Shown here: positions 61,601 to 64,000 of the stretch, piece by piece | Layout of the letters: the number at the start of each line of letters is the position of its first letter | Numbering within the stretch: the stretch's first letter is position 1 | Assembly (NCBI GenBank): GCA_950097015.1 | Contig: CATNEN010000029.1 | Span: forward strand, 806,001 to 870,000 | DNA length: 64,000 nt | Reading direction: 5' to 3' | Source of the DNA: Macrostomum hystrix | Taxonomy: Eukaryota; Animalia; Platyhelminthes | Translations under genes and position numbers: made by a program | The notes under the pieces: generated by a model | Databases searched by the model: none | The model's input: only the letters and a program-made list of their open reading frames with translations | What the model was told of the DNA's origin: nothing

Positions 61601-63906
61601 CTACTCTGCTTCAGCTGCCTACTCTGCTTCAGCTGCCTACTCTGCTTTAGCTGCCTACTCTGCTTCAGCTGCCTCCTCTGCTTCAGGTGCCTCCTCTGCT
61701 TCAGCTGCCTACTCGGCTTCAGCTGCCTCCTCTGCTTCAGCTGCCTACTCTGCTTCAGCTGCCTACTCTGCTTCAGCTGCCTACTCTGCTTCGGCTGCCT
61801 CCTCCGCTTCAGTTGCCAACTCTGCTTCAGCTGCCTACTCTGCTTCAGCTGCCTACTCTGCTTCAGCTGCCTACTCTGCTTCGGCTGCCTCCTCCGCTTC
61901 AGTTGCCAACTCTGCTTCAGCTGCCTACTCTGCTTCAGCTGCCTACTCTGCTTCAGCTGCCTACTCTGCTTCAGCTGCCTACTCTGCTTCGGCTGCCTCC
62001 TCCGCTTCAGTTGCCAACTCTGCTTCAGCTGCATCCTCCGCTTCAGCCGCCTTCTCTGCTTCAGCTGCCTCCTCTGCATCAGCTGCCTCCTCTGCTTCAG
62101 CTGCCTTGTCTGCTTCAGCTGCCTTCTCTGCTTCAGCTGCCTCCTCTGCATCAGCTGCCTCCTCTGCTTCAGCTGCCTCCTCTGCATCAGCTGCCTCCTC
62201 TGCTTCAGCTGCCTACTCTGCTTCAGCTGCCTACTCTGCTTCAGCTGCCTACTCTGCTTCAGCTGCCTACTCTGCTTCAGCTGCCTACTCTGCTTCGGCT
62301 GCCTACTCTGCTTCAGCTGCCTACTCTGCTTCAGCTGCCTACTCTGCTTCGGCTGCCTCCTCCGCTTCAGTTGCCAACTCTGCTTCAGCTGCATCCTCCG
62401 CTTCAGCTGCCTTCTCTGCTTCAGCTGCCTCCTCTGCATCAGCTGCCTCCTCTGCTTCAGCTGCCTCCTCTGCATCAGCTGCCTCCTCTGCTTCAGCTGC
62501 CTCCTCTGCTTCAGCTGCCTACTCTGCTTCAGCTGCCTACTCTGCTTTAGCTGCCTACTCTGCTTCAGCTGCCTCCTCTGCTTCAGGTGCCTCCTCTGCT
62601 TCAGCTGCCTACTCGGCTTCAGCTGCCTCCTCTGCTTCAGCTGCCTACTCTGCTTCAGCTGCCTACTCTGCTTCAGCTGCCTACTCTGCTTCGGCTGCCT
62701 CCTCCGCTTCAGTTGCCAACTCTGCTTCAGCTGCCTACTCTGCTTCAGCTGCCTACTCTGCTTCAGCTGCCTACTCTGCTTCGGCTGCCTCCTCCGCTTC
62801 AGTTGCCAACTCTGCTTCAGCTGCCTACTCTGCTTCAGCTGCCTACTCTGCTTCAGCTGCCTACTCTGCTTCAGCTGCCTACTCTGCTTCGGCTGCCTCC
62901 TCCGCTTCAGTTGCCAACTCTGCTTCAGCTGCATCCTCCGCTTCAGCCGCCTTCTCTGCTTCAGCTGCCTCCTCTGCATCAGCTGCCTCCTCTGCTTCAG
63001 CTGCCTTGTCTGCTTCAGCTGCCTTCTCTGCTTCAGCTGCCTCCTCTGCATCAGCTGCCTCCTCTGCTTCAGCTGCCTCCTCTGCATCAGCTGCCTCATC
63101 TGCTTCAGCTGCCTTCTCTGCTTCAGCTGCCTTGTCTGCTTCAGCTGCCTCCTCTGCTTCAGCTGCCTCCTCTGCTTCAGCTGCCTCCTCTGCTTCAGCT
63201 GCCTTCTCTGCTTCAGCTGCCTCCTCTGCTTCAGCTGCCTACTGTGCTTCAGCTGCCTCCTCTGCTTCAGCTGCCTACTCTGCTTCAGCTGCCTACTCTG
63301 CTTCAGCTGCCTACTCTGCTTCAGCTGCATCCTCTGCTTCAGCTGCCTTCTCTGCTTCAGCTGCCTTCTCAGCTGCCTCCTCTGCTTCAGCTGCCTCCTC
63401 TGCTTCAGCTGCCTTCTCTGCTTCAGCTGCCTCCTCTGCTTCAGCTGCCTACTGTGCTTCAGCTGCCTCCTCTGCTTCAGCTGCCTACTCTGCTTCAGCT
63501 GCCTACTCTGCTTCAGCTGCCTACTCTGCTTCAGCTGCATCCTCTGCTTCAGCTGCCTTCTCTGCTTCAGCTGCCTTCTCAGCTGCCTCCTCTGCTTCAG
63601 GTGCCTCCTCTGCTTCAGCTGCCTCCTCTGCTTCAGCTGCCTCCTCTGCTTCAGCTGCCTACTCTGCTTCAGCTGCATCCTCTGCTTCAGCTGCCTACTC
63701 TGCTTCAGCTGCCTACTCTGCTTCAGCTGCATCCTCTGCTTCAGCTGCCTTCTCTGCTTCAGCTGCCTTGTCTGCTTCAGCTGCCTTCTCTGCTTCAGCT
63801 GCCTCCTCTGCTTCAGCTGCCTTCTCTGCTTCAGCTGCCTTCTCTGCTTCAGCTGCCTCCTCTGCTTCAGCTGCCTCCTCCGCTTCAGCTGCCTCCTCTG
63901 CTTCAG
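58606..63906. repeat. 5.3-kb 18-bp satellite (TCTGCTTCAGCTGCC-TAC/TCC/TTC), about 290 units, with higher-order duplications
   Basis: Read directly; 12-bp variants at the left end; rare variants recur exactly 900 bp apart. Confidence 0.97.
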
Positions 63907-64000
63907 TCAAACTAAACTTACATTCATCAATCAATAAAATTGAAAAGTAAAGGCAAGACACATGCAGACTATTGCATAGTTATATTATTATTGCTGTGAA

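Noticed and set aside
58509-63950. CFSCLL, LQLPTL and KQSRQL mega-ORFs as genes
   Set aside because: At least four of the six frames stay open for long stretches purely from repeat composition. Not called as CDS; residual coding potential is listed under findings.

Overview
Eukaryotic, intron-rich metazoan DNA. The GC-rich exons and introns packed with locus-specific minisatellites resemble a free-living flatworm such as Macrostomum, but the organism is an inference. Four protein-coding genes were assembled by hand from GT..AG junctions with consistent phases. (1) A conventional protein kinase C on + (3896-27252; 14 shared exons plus two alternative terminal V5 exons). (2) A diacylglycerol kinase theta on - (48283-35761), convergent with the PKC. 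(3) An orphan two-exon single-pass membrane protein on - (51800-50314). (4) An SLC22-type MFS transporter on - (58290-52552). About a third of the window (hand sum about 22 kb) is roughly 28 different tandem arrays, plus tRNA-derived SINEs. Many arrays are palindromic and start or end within a few tens of bp of splice sites. Best leads: the alternative PKC C-terminal exon with an Asp phosphomimic hydrophobic motif, short introns apparently inflated by amplification of their own sequence, about 43 AP-1/TRE sites in a PKC intron, and the PKC-DGK pairing with a CRE/octamer/MEF2 cluster between the genes. There is no CRISPR array, and the long ORFs in the track are mostly repeat artefacts. Array boundaries and copy numbers are approximate.
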